From: Mizuhopecten yessoensis
Taxonomy: Eukaryota
NCBI RefSeq assembly: GCF_002113885.1
Contig: NW_018406415.1
Coordinates: 1,069,735-1,133,734 of the forward strand
Direction: 5' to 3'
Length of the DNA: 64,000 bases
Below, one piece after another: positions 36,731-50,200 of this stretch. Under the pieces are notes generated by a model, which searched no databases, had not been told where the DNA came from, and saw only the letters and a list, made by a program, of their open reading frames with translations. Made by a program: the position numbers and the translations under genes. The stretch's first letter is position 1. The number at the start of each line of letters is the position of its first letter.

Positions 36731-36822
36731 TTAACTCATTCACCCCTGAAAGTTCATAATGAACTATTCCAACCTTTGAACTGGAAGAGTTCAAATGTGT
36801 CTTCAGGGGGGGAATGAGTTGA
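36731..36822. mobile_element. ~90-bp hairpin MITE
   Basis: ttaactcattcacccctgaa...ttcaggggggaatgagtt. Confidence 0.8.
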
Positions 36823-37058
36823 ATAAAGTATGGCGAATGTCTGTACAACTCATCATTGTGTTGTCAGCATGCATACAGAGTTACCACACATGTAGCCAGG
36901 TAATTACATGGCCGAGTTGAGCTACCTCTCTGAATAAGTACCTTGAAGTGGAGGATATCATTTGAAAGTCCCAGACAAGATGGACTGGTCTCTGGTACTG
37001 AAATATTGAAATCTTCTGTATAGATAGATATGAGGCTACTGCTGGTCCCTTATTGAAC

Positions 37059-37274
37059 TGGGGTGGCCTGCAGGTCTAACATTCTGCTACCACTCCATCC
37101 ACCACAGGGTCGCGGGTTTGAAACCTATATGGGGCAGTTGTCAGGTACTGGCCGTAGGTCGTTGGTTTTTCTCCAGGTACTCCAGCTTTCCTCCACCACC
37201 AGAACCTGGCACGTCCTTAAATGACCATATCTGTTAACAGGATGTAAAACACAATAAAACCAAACCAAACAAAA
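37059..37274 (+). mobile_element. tRNA-derived SINE (V-domain-like) with imperfect TSD
   Basis: gggtttgaaacc B-box, core tttttctccaggtactccagctttcctccacc, family tail. Flanks ccttattgaa / ccttactgaa. Confidence 0.75.
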
Positions 37275-38476
37275 GCCTTACTGAATTATCTCCCCTTGTG
37301 AGTAAAATATATGTAACATTTATATAATAATATACAACATTTGATATAGCACCCTATCTAGCTAACATAAGCCACTCTAAAGCACTTTACAGTACATAGA
37401 TATACAATTAATACAATAAGGATATACAATTTTTGAGGAATTCGCAGGAGCTGCCTTATCAGGCGCTAACTACTAGTCCTATGCCACCTGGCTAATATCT
37501 CCCTATGTGTGTTTGCCTGCATGTGTGCTGGAGATGAATTGTGTTTATAGCTATTATTCATGAATAACGCAATCCCGTAAATTTTCAGTATGTAACGTGT
37601 TAGGCCAAATTTAGAAAATCAGACATGTTATCCACTATAACCAAAAATGCACTAAATATTTTTGTGTGACCCTACAATTGGCATTTTCAAGGAAGAAATG
37701 AAAATCTGAAAAAAAAAGATGAAAAGTGTAAACAATGCACAAAGGAAGAGAGTAAAGTGTTTTGGATGTTAGCTTCAATGTTTGTCCTGCAAAATACAGG
37801 TGTTAAAAAAATATAGGTCTTCGAAGTTTTCACTTCAGGTAATCCTAGTACTGAACATGAACTGAGGTCTAATCTGACAGTATTTGTCAGTACATTAACA
37901 GTACTATTGCTTTTAAATTAGTAAGATAAACATTATCTTTTCTCGTACTCTCTGTCCATAGTGTTTAGGTGAAACAGTATTCAAGTGTTTGCTGGAGGTA
38001 GATCTGTCCAGTCTCAAAAAATAAGCATTAAGACCAGATAGATTGTATAGAAATCTGTTTCAAGTTTTGGTGTATGAAATTTTACCAAACCGTCTTAATT
38101 TAAACCCAGTTTAGTGCATTGTGAAACCTGAATAGCTGATCACTTTAAATTCTAAAACCTAATGTAAACAAGACATTCAACTACATCTGTAGGTCTTGGT
38201 GTATACATTTGTTTGAAAAATATACCTGTGTATTACAAAACCTGTCTAAACTGATCCCTGTAAAATCAGAATACCTGAAAAAACAAGACCTTCATCTGCA
38301 GCTACACCGGCAGAAATTTGTCCAAAGAAGACATTCAACAAGGTATATCATACTGTGTGATTTCTGTTTAACATGTACTTGTCTAATCCAGAAAGCAATC
38401 AATTTTGATCAAAAATATTGGTCTCTATGGTATATATATATTTTCCACTGTATCTCCATGGGCCCTGATCCACTTC

Positions 38477-38567
38477 TAAACTCATTCACCTCTGAAGACA
38501 CGTTTGAACTCTTCCAATTCAGAGGTTGGAATAGTTCATTATGAAATTTCAGGGGTGAATGAGTTAA
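38477..38567. mobile_element. ~90-bp hairpin MITE
   Basis: aactcattcacctctgaagacac...ttcaggggtgaatgagttaa. Confidence 0.8.
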
Positions 38568-39850
38568 AGCACGTCTTTATGCTAAAGTGTATCTGACCTC
38601 TTAAATCATGTTTATACAAAAATTGACTAGCACATTAAAAAAAAAACTTTTTCGAAATATTGACGTTAAAAGTGTTTGACAAGCAAATTTTAAATTTGGG
38701 GTTTGTGAATTCTTGAAATCTTGCTCTTGCCCTGTTTACCCTTTGAATGCAATTTATGTGTAACCCCTGTGTACTTTCTCACCATGCACACACACACGCT
38801 TCATGTACAGGCATAGTAGCACTATCTATATTTGGCTAATTTACAACAAACCCCAGTCTGTATCTCACCCTTACGCCAGTGCTGTGTGTACTGGGTGCTT
38901 GAGTCATCCTATTGCTGTATAAATTCCTGAGTGTTGGAAATCGGAGGAATGGTTGAGAGTGTGTGTAACACACGTCTTAGATCTTGTTTGTTCTGACCTT
39001 CTCCTCTGTATATCTATCTAGGATGCTTCATCTGTGATTTAGTTTATTTCGTTTCCAAGGATTAAGAATAACCTGTGCACCTATTTAATTAACAGGTAAG
39101 TTAAATAATCTTAACTTTCATCTCATCATTGACAAATTATTTGTTTGTACTTGTCTTTTAATTGAAATTGAAGCATGCATATACTATGCACTTGTATTTG
39201 CAATCCAAGCATTATAAGCAGTGATACGGCACACTGTCCTGATGTGGGTAAAACAACTACTGGTACCTCTGTAATTTAAGTTTCAGCTCTCGTACATTTC
39301 AGAGGCCGTTTACCACATATATTGTAAAACAATTTTGATTCTCTCTTTTTTTTCTGGATCAATTATTGACAACTTTTTGGATAGCAACTGTAGCTGAATT
39401 ATAACTTCATTAGTTGTGATGTACTGCATCACAGCACTTTAACCCANGGTTTAGTTATAACATGGTAAGGCATATATAGGTGTTACTGAACTCTGACTTG
39501 CAAACTTTTTCAAATTTCCATGGGGCAGATTGTGCGTGCCCATGCAGAAATAAAAGCATAAATAAAATGTGTGTTTATCCATCCTAGGGGGAAATAATTC
39601 TTTTAAATGGCATATTTTGAGCTGTTCTTTCAGATAAAATCAGCATATCTTAGAAAATTGCAATAGTTTAGCAAATCCACTGCAATATCTGTAGAGTTAG
39701 CAATTATGTGAACTAAGTTAGGCATATTGCTACCCTATGATCAGCAGATTAGCTGTTAGTTTGGATAACAAGGTAATTATAGGCAGATTGGCAGTTTTGC
39801 TTGCCTTGATGGTCAAAAATTCTATACTATTCCTGAGGCAGATGAGATCA

Positions 39851-42800
39851 AGACCATCTGACTGGTAAACAGTATGTGAGGGGCCTGACTCAGAGATCAC
39901 GACCATCTGATTGGTAAACAGTATGTGAGGGGCGGGAGAGATCACGACAATCTGATTGGTAAACAGTATGTGAGGGGCGTGAGAGATCACGACAATCTGA
40001 TTGGTAAACAGTATGTGAGGGGCAGGAGAGATCACGACCATCTGATTGGTAAACAGTATGTGAGGGGCAGGAGAGATCACGACCATCTGATTGGTAAACA
40101 GTATGTGAGGGGCGGGAGAGATCACGACCATCTGATTGGTAAACAGTATGTGAGGGGCGGGAGAGATCACGACCATCTGATTGGTAAACAGTATGTGAGG
40201 GACGGGAGAGATCACGACCATCTGATTGGTAAACAGTATGTGAGGGACGGGAGAGATCACGACCATCTGATTGGTAAACAGTATGTGAGGGACGGGAGAG
40301 ATCACGACCATCTGATTGGTAAACAGTATGTGAGGGGCGGGAGAGATCACGACCATCTGATTGGTAAACAGTATGTGAGGGGCGGGAGAGATCACGACCA
40401 TCTGATTGGTAAACAGTATGTGAGGGGCGGGAGAGATCACGACCATCTGATTGGTAAACAGTATGTGAGGGGCGGGAGAGATCACGACCATCTGATTGGT
40501 AAACAGTATGTGAGGGGCGGGAGAGATCACGACCATCTGATTGGTAAACAGTATGTGAGGGGCGGGAGAGATCACGACCATCTGATTGGTAAACAGTATG
40601 TGAGGGGCGGGAGAGATCACGACCATCTGATTGGTAAACAGTATGTGAGGGGCGGGAGAGATCACGACCATCTGATTGGTAAACAGTATGTGAGGGGCGG
40701 GAGAGATCACGACCATCTGATTGGTAAACAGTATGTGAGGGGCGGGAGAGATCACGACCATCTGATTGGTAAACAGTATGTGAGGGACGGGGGAGATCAC
40801 GACCATCTGATTGGTAAACAGTATGTGAGGGACGGGGGAGAACACGACCATCTGACTGGTAAACAGTATGTGAGGGACGGGGGAGAACACGACCATCTGA
40901 TTGGTAAACAGTATGTGAGGGGCGGGAGAGATCACGACCATCTGATTGGTAAACAGTATGTGAGGGACGGGGGAGAACACGACCATCTGATTGGTAAACA
41001 GTATGTGAGGGGCGGGAGAGATCACGACCATCTGATTGGTAAACAGTATGTGAGGGACGGGGGAGAACACGACCATCTGATTGGTAAACAGTATGTGAGG
41101 GGCGGGAGAGATCACGACCATCTGATTGGTAAACAGTATGTGAGGGACGGGGGAGAACACGACCATCTGATTGGTAAACAGTATGTGAGGGGCGGGAGAG
41201 ATCACGACCATCTGATTGGTAAACAGTATGTGAGGGACGGGGGAGAACACGACCATCTGATTGGTAAACAGTATGTGAGGGGCGGGGGAGAACACGACCA
41301 TCTGATTGGTAAACAGTATGTGAGGGACGGGGGAGAACACGACCATCTGATTGGTAAACAGTATGTGAGGGGCGGGAGAGATCACGACCATCTGATTGGT
41401 AAACAGTATGTGAGGGACGGGGGAGAACACGACCATCTGATTGGTAAACAGTATGTGAGGGGCGGGAGAGATCACGACCATCTGATTGGTAAACAGTATG
41501 TGAGGGACGGGGGAGAACACGACCATCTGATTGGTAAACAGTATGTGAGGGGCGGGAGAGATCACGACCATCTGATTGGTAAACAGTATGTGAGGGACGG
41601 GGGAGAACACGACCATCTGATTGGTAAACAGTATGTGAGGGGCGGGGGAGAACACGACCATCTGATTGGTAAACAGTATGTGAGGGACGGGGGAGAACAC
41701 GACCATCTGATTGGTAAACAGTATGTGAGGGGCGGGAGAGATCACGACCATCTGATTGGTAAACAGTATGTGAGGGACGGGGGAGAACACGACCATCTGA
41801 TTGGTAAACAGTATGTGAGGGGCGGGAGAGATCACGACCATCTGATTGGTAAACAGTATGTGAGGGACGGGGGAGAACACGACCATCTGATTGGTAAACA
41901 GTATGTGAGGGGCGGGAGAGATCACGACCATCTGATTGGTAAACAGTATGTGAGGGACGGGGGAGAACACGACCATCTGATTGGTAAACAGTATGTGAGG
42001 GGCGGGAGAGATCACGACCATCTGATTGGTAAACAGTATGTGAGGGACGGGGGAGAACACGACCATCTGATTGGTAAACAGTATGTGAGGGGCGGGGGAG
42101 AACACGACCATCTGATTGGTAAACAGTATGTGAGGGACGGGGGAGAACACGACCATCTGATTGGTAAACAGTATGTGAGGGGCGGGAGAGATCACGACCA
42201 TCTGATTGGTAAACAGTATGTGAGGGACGGGGGAGAACACGACCATCTGATTGGTAAACAGTATGTGAGGGGCGGGAGAGATCACGACCATCTGATTGGT
42301 AAACAGTATGTGAGGGACGGGGGAGAACACGACCATCTGATTGGTAAACAGTATGTGAGGGGCGGGAGAGATCACGACCATCTGATTGGTAAACAGTATG
42401 TGAGGGACGGGGGAGAACACGACCATCTGATTGGTAAACAGTATGTGAGGGGCGGGAGAGATCACGACCATCTGATTGGTAAACAGTATGTGAGGGACGG
42501 GGGAGAACACGACCATCTGATTGGTAAACAGTATGTGAGGGGCGGGGGAGAACACGACCATCTGATTGGTAAACAGTATGTGAGGGACGGGGGAGAACAC
42601 GACCATCTGATTGGTAAACAGTATGTGAGGGACGGGGGAGATCACGACCATCTGATTGGTAAACAGTATGTGAGGGACGGGGGAGAACACGACCATCTGA
42701 TTGGTAAACAGTATGTGAGGGGCGGGAGAGATCACGACCATCTGATTGGTAAACAGTATGTGAGGGACGGGGGAGAACACGACCATCTGATTGGTAAACA

Positions 42801-43325
42801 GTATGTGAGGGGCGGGGGAGAACACGACCATCTGATTGGTAAACAGTATGTGAGGGACGGGGGAGAACACGACCATCTGATTGGTAAACAGTATGTGAGG
42901 GACGGGGGAGATCACGACCATCTGATTGGTAAACAGTATGTGAGGGACGGGGGAGAACACGACCATCTGATTGGTAAACAGTATGTGAGGGGCGGGAGAG
43001 ATCACGACCATCTGACTGGTAAACAGTATGTGAGGGGCGGGAGAGATCACGACCATCTGACTGGTAAACAGTATGTGAGGGGCGGGAGAGATCACGACCA
43101 TCTGACTGGTAAACAGTATGTGAGGGGCGGGAGAGATCACGACCGTCTGATTGGTAAACAGTATGTGAGGGGCCTGACTCAGATCACGACCATCTGATTG
43201 GTAAACAGTATGTGAGGGGCCTGACTCAGATCACGACCATCTGATTGGTAAACAGTATGTGAGGGGCCGGGGGGATCACGACCATCTGATTGGTAAACAG
43301 TATGTGAGGGGCGGGAGAGATCACA
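39851..43325. repeat. 45-bp minisatellite, ~77 copies, with higher-order structure
   Basis: Unit gaccatctgattggtaaacagtatgtgaggggcgggagagatcac. Variants differ mainly at three positions and alternate as a 90-bp dimer in 40.9-43.0 kb. Confidence 0.97.
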
Positions 43326-45674
43326 GCTACCATTACAGTTCGTTGAAAAGCAATGGTCTGTTTCTGTAATTACAGCATGGTCATGCATGCTTTGGTATAC
43401 ACACCTGTAATTTAGAGGTATATATTTATTCAGGTAGTGGAGTTCTATTTTGTCCCCTTATCTGACATGGTTAGATACATATGGTATGAAGATTGGTCGA
43501 CTGTTAATGAACAATTAAAACAGACTAATTGGCTTCGGACATAATTGGATAATTTTAAGGACAAAATGGAACAAAATACATTGAAAGGTCACCTTTATTG
43601 TTTAAGTTGTGGTAGCGTACACTGCAAGTCAAGTCGGAAAGTTCTAGGAGGGAAACAAGTCACGCTTGAATGGTAATTAAATGCATATCTCATATGTTGA
43701 TTGCTGTTGATGAATAAACAATGAAGCTGATAGCTATAGTGAAGTAGTCTAACAGATGGGGCGAGTACCATCCACAAGCTAGCTGGACACATACAGATTA
43801 TTGATTCTAAGAATGGGTTTAGGTATTTGTTAGAGCACAAATAAGACTATTTAAATAAAATGAAGGACTTTTATGGGAAACACGGCCACAATTTGTCTGT
43901 AATGCTCAATAATAAAACCAGTCCGACTCCCCCTGAACTCCATAGGAGGATGATACACAGATGTTTTGCCTGACATCCTGGCCTATAGCTAGCTGGTGTA
44001 CTATGCATGTGACACATAGCCATGAAGTCCAAATCTCAGATGTCGGTAAAATGAATATTTCTTTAAATATCAGTCCAAATATGGTTTTATCTGTAAAATT
44101 AGTTAGCTTAATTAAGTTAACAATACATGATTTATAATATGTAAGTGAAATTTCCTTTCGATAAGGTCCTGAACAACTGCAATAGTTTTAAAATCTAGAA
44201 TTTAATAAGGTCTTGATCTCATTTCTGAGGCTAAAAGCAGCCCAGCCCTCCTGTCATGAAGGGGCAAGTATCGGGTGACAGTAAAGACTTATAGCTGTAT
44301 GTAACAATATTTGTGCAAATTAATTAGATATTCTAATGCATATAAACCTTGTAAGCTGGGAGTGGCTGTTGATGTAAATGTTTTTAAATCTAGATTGTGT
44401 AACATGCTGTATTGTACCTAATAAGGGTGCTGGGCACTGGTCAATTATTAATGGGTGTGTCTTTATATTTAGGGCACATGATTCCTTAACCAGCACACGT
44501 ACCTCATATTTTGACTGTTTTCTCACAGTGGCAGATCAATATAAGATGCCAATAGTTCTGTGATAGTTATAATATCATCTGATAAAATATGACTTAATTG
44601 TTAAATCTCTGAAATCTTAAAATATTCATGCTTTAAAATAATTTTATTTAGAATGTTAAATTTCTTTTTGAATTGTTGATCAGTATTCCAAGGACAACAT
44701 GTACAAAAAGTGAACTTGATGTAATCTCATAAATTTTGTTATCTATAGAAATCTACTTAGATTTGTTTATCACTTAATGTTGAAAAACACAGCATGTTAC
44801 TGATTTCAGGACTAGGGTGTGTCTTGACTTGTGTGTCTCAATATACTTTTTGTTGGTTTTGTGACACATTATAAACACTTATCTTGATCCTGGACTCCTA
44901 CGCTTAAATGTATCCTGGTGGACGTGCTGACTGAGGTATTTTTAAACTGATTTCCAATTGATGCTCATACAAGCTTAACGACATTTTCAAATTCACTTTT
45001 TAGCCAAATCTTTTTATACACATCTTAAAATTGAAATTTGTATATTAATATTGAAAGGTATCTTCTGACATAAACACCGAAACACATAACATTTTTGAAG
45101 TTTGTTTGGGTGCAAAATGATTTGTTATTAAACACTGGTTAAGTTGACTATACTTGATAAATTTCAAATGAATATGAAGTTACCTGATTTCTGTTTGAAC
45201 AAGCAGTCTAGCATTCGTCATGTCGACCTCAGTTGAACTTTGTCAGGTTTCTGAGATCCCATCAATAAATACACTAGCAATTTCGTAGTCTCCATTTAAA
45301 GTTTGAAAAGTTAACTTATACTAGTAAGGTATTTCTCTGTAGTGATTATGATGAAAGTCTGCTAATTCAAAAGTTAAGGGTGTACACTACCTTGCATACT
45401 TTAGACATGGGTTTAGAGTTGTCTCCCTTGTTTATTTATTTTGCAAGATTAGAAAAGAAAGCATTATCTAATTGTTCATAATTTCATTATAATACAGTAC
45501 GTGTTGGCAACATATTCTTTCATTTTGTCTTCTGAGGGTGGAAATCTTTTCAAAAGAGATACATTCTGCATTAAAGCATTCCTTCTTGGAAAAAATAGAG
45601 GAGATTAATAAAAATACTAAGTAACTGGCTCATAACATTCTATTTATGTATGTAATACCAACATCAATAATGAT

Positions 45675-45995
45675 AGATTGTATTGGGTTTAACGTCCTTC
45701 AACAGCTACGTATAAGGTCATTTAAGGACGTGCCTCCATGTGTGTTGTGTGTACGTGCATGTTGGGATGTGTGCTGGAGACGGGGTATGTTTGTGTATTT
45801 GCCTTCTTGTGGTAGCACAGATCTGATGCCGACTTTATAGTGCTACGCCACTGAAATTTTATGCCGAAGGCATCCATCACAGCATACTGCCCAGCCACAT
45901 TATACTGACAAGTACAGGTGAACCAGTTGCCATCACCCTATAAGCTGAACATTAAGCAGGGAATAATAACTGCCATCTTTAAGAACTTTGGTACA
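45675..45995 (-). mobile_element. SINE with a different (Meta-domain-like) body sharing the 3' tail of the V-like SINEs
   Basis: gggtttaacgtccttcaacagct...ggtcatttaaggacgtgcc is the inverted family tail. Body cattatactgaca...aaccagt...aagcagggaa...ctttggt. Confidence 0.55.
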
Positions 45996-47122
45996 TCAGT
46001 CATGTTTTCCTGGAAGTACATGTTTGTAGCCAGAATGTCTGAAAGTTCATGTTTTCCGGAATTGCAGCCTGTTTAACACTGCAGATAAAACGTAGGACGA
46101 TTCTCTTGGGAATAAATCTGGTTCTGTATGTAGACAATACATTATGTGCACGGTTTATTTCCAAAACAGTAACGGCTTGGTATTGATCTTGTATTGGTAA
46201 TATTGTGAAAATGTGAATGTTATTTCTTTTCCTTGGTATATTAAATTTGCGTTTAAAAATTGCCTAGATTTTAACAATGATAGGCCTTGCATTGTTTCAT
46301 TAACAAACAAATGGAAAAGTATTTTCATATTAAAGTTCCAACCCAGTTATATAAACTGTAATAAAGAGAATATCATAAATTCTGATAAAATTCAAACTTT
46401 TCTTATCACCATATTTGATATGCACTGTAACACAAAAAGCAGACACGATTTATTTTTGTAAAACCCTTTTTTCAACGTTTGATTCATGATCTATGACCAA
46501 AATGACGTATGCAAACAATTTTACCTATGCAGTAGCTGAAACAAACGACGGATGCATACGGGAGCACCCTATTTTTATAAGGCAGATACAGGGCTCATTC
46601 AGATTCCCTGTAGTGCCACATTTTACATGCATGTGTATGTGTTGTACGAAGCTCTTTGATGGATTTCGAATTAAAAGATAACAACATAGCTTTAACACTC
46701 CGTGTATCAGTGCTGTTACCAGTTCCTGTGATGTTCTTACCTAGTACATCTGATATAAAGAGGAATTATCGCGATAGCAGTGTCTGTGAAACTTACTTGA
46801 TGGAAAATTAGAATTGACTGAATTCAGCGTAAAAGCATATCTATGGTAAATATTCTTAGAGAATACATGGACAATATTTAATGTGGCAATTGTGCAAAAG
46901 CAAATTGTATTAACAGGCATAATTTTTTCTATAGACAACATTTTTAGAAGACAAAAAGTATTTGTCTTTGAAGACAGCCTTAAGAGACAAAATTATCTCC
47001 CTTGTAAACATCTGTTAGAGACAGATATATTACCTCTCTTCATAGATGGAGCTAGGAACTAAGTAATCTCCCAACACAGACAATAATAAGTGACAAACTT
47101 TTCTCTCTAATTATAGACACCA

Positions 47123-47213
47123 TTAACTCATTCACCCCTGAAATTTCATAATGAACTATTCCAACCTTTGAATTGGAGGAGTTCAAATGTGTCTTCAGGG
47201 GTGAATGAGTTAA
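47123..47213. mobile_element. 91-bp hairpin MITE, intact copy with TTAA on both sides
   Basis: ttaactcattcacccctgaa...ttcaggggtgaatgagttaa (perfect 20-bp arms). Confidence 0.85.
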
Positions 47214-50200
47214 GTAGATAAAAGTTATCTCCCTTTACAGAGAGCATTAATAACCAAAGATATCTAGACAGGTAATGAAACCCTACTATTGTCACGGGTA
47301 GAACATCGAGTAATACAAACAAATTACTATAAAACCTGCATTTAGAGACCACCCTCGGGAAGTCTGTAAAATAGTGTTTTATTGCAGGTCTCTTAATACA
47401 GGTTCAATTAATAGGGAAATAACTGCGAGTGGGGATTTTTAAGGGGTTTCCTAATGCAGGAGGTCTCAGGCAGGTTTGATCTTCCTTTATATCAAATTTG
47501 GGGAATTTGATAATTCACAGGAAATCAAAATTAATCTTGGTTGGAATATAGCGCTTACAGTCTGGATAAAGCTTGCACACATCTGATCAACACTCCCATT
47601 TTTATCTTGTGTGGGTAGTTAAAGCCATCAAAACACATCAGGTTCTGCCTGATACATCTATTATGTTTACCAGTGAATTTAGGTGTGAAATTAAAGGATG
47701 TTGTGCTGTGCATTTTAACTAGCTGTCGATTTAATCATCTGAACAGTACGTTTCTATAAGGTCCCGTGAGTTGTTGGTGATCGGACTAGTAGCTGTATTA
47801 TATAGCTCCATTATACCCCAAACACTGCCAACCGACCATATATGGATGTGACGAGGCTGCCTACACTTTGTTTACTCCCTTCAGTTCTCTCACTGTCAGT
47901 CCAAGCGCATCTTGTTTTATAGATAAGACTGTTGATCATCACCACATGATTTAGTGGTACAAGGTACAGAACCTCAGGATACTTTAGGTTTCATTAAGAT
48001 GTCCTCATTAACACTTTGGCATTGCCTGATTTTAATGTGGCAGCTACACCATAACAAATGCACAACCCTGCCCAAAATATCTGTTGGTCACCACAGCTAT
48101 ATCTTTGTTTCCTTCTCTTTTTTGCCACTGGACAATTACAATCACAAGCCTCCTTTCCCACATATCCATTGTGGTCCCTTTTCCCCTACCCTATATATCC
48201 TGCCCCTCTCCCAACCCCATCCACTCGTATACACCTCCATTATTGTCCTTCAATCTTTGCCTTCCCTTTCTCGCATACTCACATATAAGACCCTTTAACC
48301 CCCTACCTCCCACTTTCCTTTACCTTAATATAGCCCCATCAGACCGAGAAAAAAACAACTTGTGTATCTGCTATCATCTTCAGAAAAAATAGGGTAGGCA
48401 ATTTATTTTCATTTTGTAAAATATTTTTACTATGCTGTTCTGACTTAATAGAGCATATCACTAAATGCCAATACAAACTTTAGGGTAGGTACACAAATCT
48501 AGTGTAGGTAGGGTTAGCGGAAACACAAGATTTTTATTATTTGGCCTCGTCACCTACACACTTTTCCCTGCCTTGAGATTCCCAACCCTTTCTGGTCTGT
48601 ATATGCTAATGTAATTGTTGGGAGCCTTCGCTCCTGATCCACACACCATCACCTTGCTAGTGGTATTACCCCAACACTGCAGTAACAGCTGAGTAAGCAA
48701 TAAACATACCTAGCCATTTCTCACAGGTAATCCACCAACTCGTCAACAGGTAAATCAATTTTCACCCTCTGGGTAAAAAAACGCTGTTGGAAGCATTATA
48801 ATGCATGACTTCATTCTGTATTTGTGAAATTATTCTGAGGAATTTCGCATGTGAGTTTGAGATTTCACATTCCTTATATAGGTCTCGACTGTTTACAATT
48901 TTCCATTGTTTGTATTGTGGGCTGCTCAATGAAATCTGTTGACATGAAGACTCTACAAAGCTGGTTTAGTTTGTTTATGTTGTGTAGAGTATTTGTAGGC
49001 TAGGATTTCTTTATTATATGCGACTGTGATCTGATGTTACATTTACAGTCATACATGTTGATCAGTTTGTATGATGCTCAGTACCTAACACGTATTCTAG
49101 ACTTCTCAGCTGCTTATACACTACAGGCAGCTGGAAAATCTAGGAAGCACGTATAATTAAATAGTTCTGAGGGGGGGTTAAGGGGCTGCAATTAAAAAAA
49201 AAATGTTTGCACTTAAAAACTTTCTTCACAACCTGCCTTTTGCACTTTAAAACTTTAAAAAAAAGTATTTACTACACCCACTACAACAAGGCACCCAGCG
49301 CGAGCAACAGCTTGATTTTGATCTTGGCACTCTCTACCTGGAATCTTTGCCCCCATCCTCAACCCAAACACTTGATCTTGGAGATGTACACCTGGCTAAT
49401 TGTCTATAGGTGTTTGGTGAAAAATTACCTCAGCACTGTATGATGTAGAAAGCCAAAAGTTGTAACTTTTATTTTCCATGGAAATATCTTTCCATCTAAC
49501 ATAGTGTATAGTTTGATTCCTGTGTCACTCAAAATGTATGCCACTCGGTAGAACTCTTGGGAGACCCGGGGCAGTAACCCTGATAAAATTAGATTACATC
49601 AATTATTAGATGAAATTCATTGTTATTTAGCCAGCACATCTGGGATACGTTGCTGTCGGTAATAGACATGGGCTTTCATGCAGTCAATTAAAACTTTGTG
49701 TGAAAGATGATCAGTTTTANTCCACTTTCAATTACAGGGGTGAAATGTTTATAAAGAAATAACAGGGTCTTTTGAATGAATTTTAATCATAAATACTGAT
49801 ATTTTGCCTGTAGCTTTATGTTAGATCACTTTTAAGGTTACAAGTGTGAGATTTATACCAGGTGAGCGATGCAGGCCCATTGGGCCTCTTGTTCAATAAT
49901 TCAGCAATTTATTAAAAATAACAGCTATGTGTGCCAAACAGGTAAAAGTAAAAGATTGGTTATAATCCTCAGGCTAGCTGTGTTTAATATATATATATAT
50001 ATATACATGTGTATATCAGTCTAGACCTTCAAACAGATATTCTATAAAAAATGTAAATCTGAACGGCAGCTGTTTCTGACACCGAGTTGCTGGCTTCTCT
50101 GACACCGAGTTGCTGGAGTGAAGCCGGAGAAATCAGCACCTCCGAGAAATATTGTTTGTCAATATATTTTCCACAACAAGGAGTTCCTTTAGCATGAGTC

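Noticed and set aside
39730-43197. 1136-aa (minus) and 1090-aa (plus) ORFs as real repetitive proteins
   Set aside because: They arise automatically from a stop-free 45-bp (3n) unit. The plus ORF has no ATG, there is no unique domain, signal peptide or splice context, and the terminal units break frame. Only RNA or proteomic evidence could rescue them.
31984-43325. CRISPR-like arrays
   Set aside because: Repeats are head-to-tail without unique spacers, no cas genes are present, and the context is eukaryotic.
47954-48392. Three overlapping Pro/Leu/Ser-rich ORFs
   Set aside because: Low-complexity pyrimidine-rich tract that lacks stops by composition.
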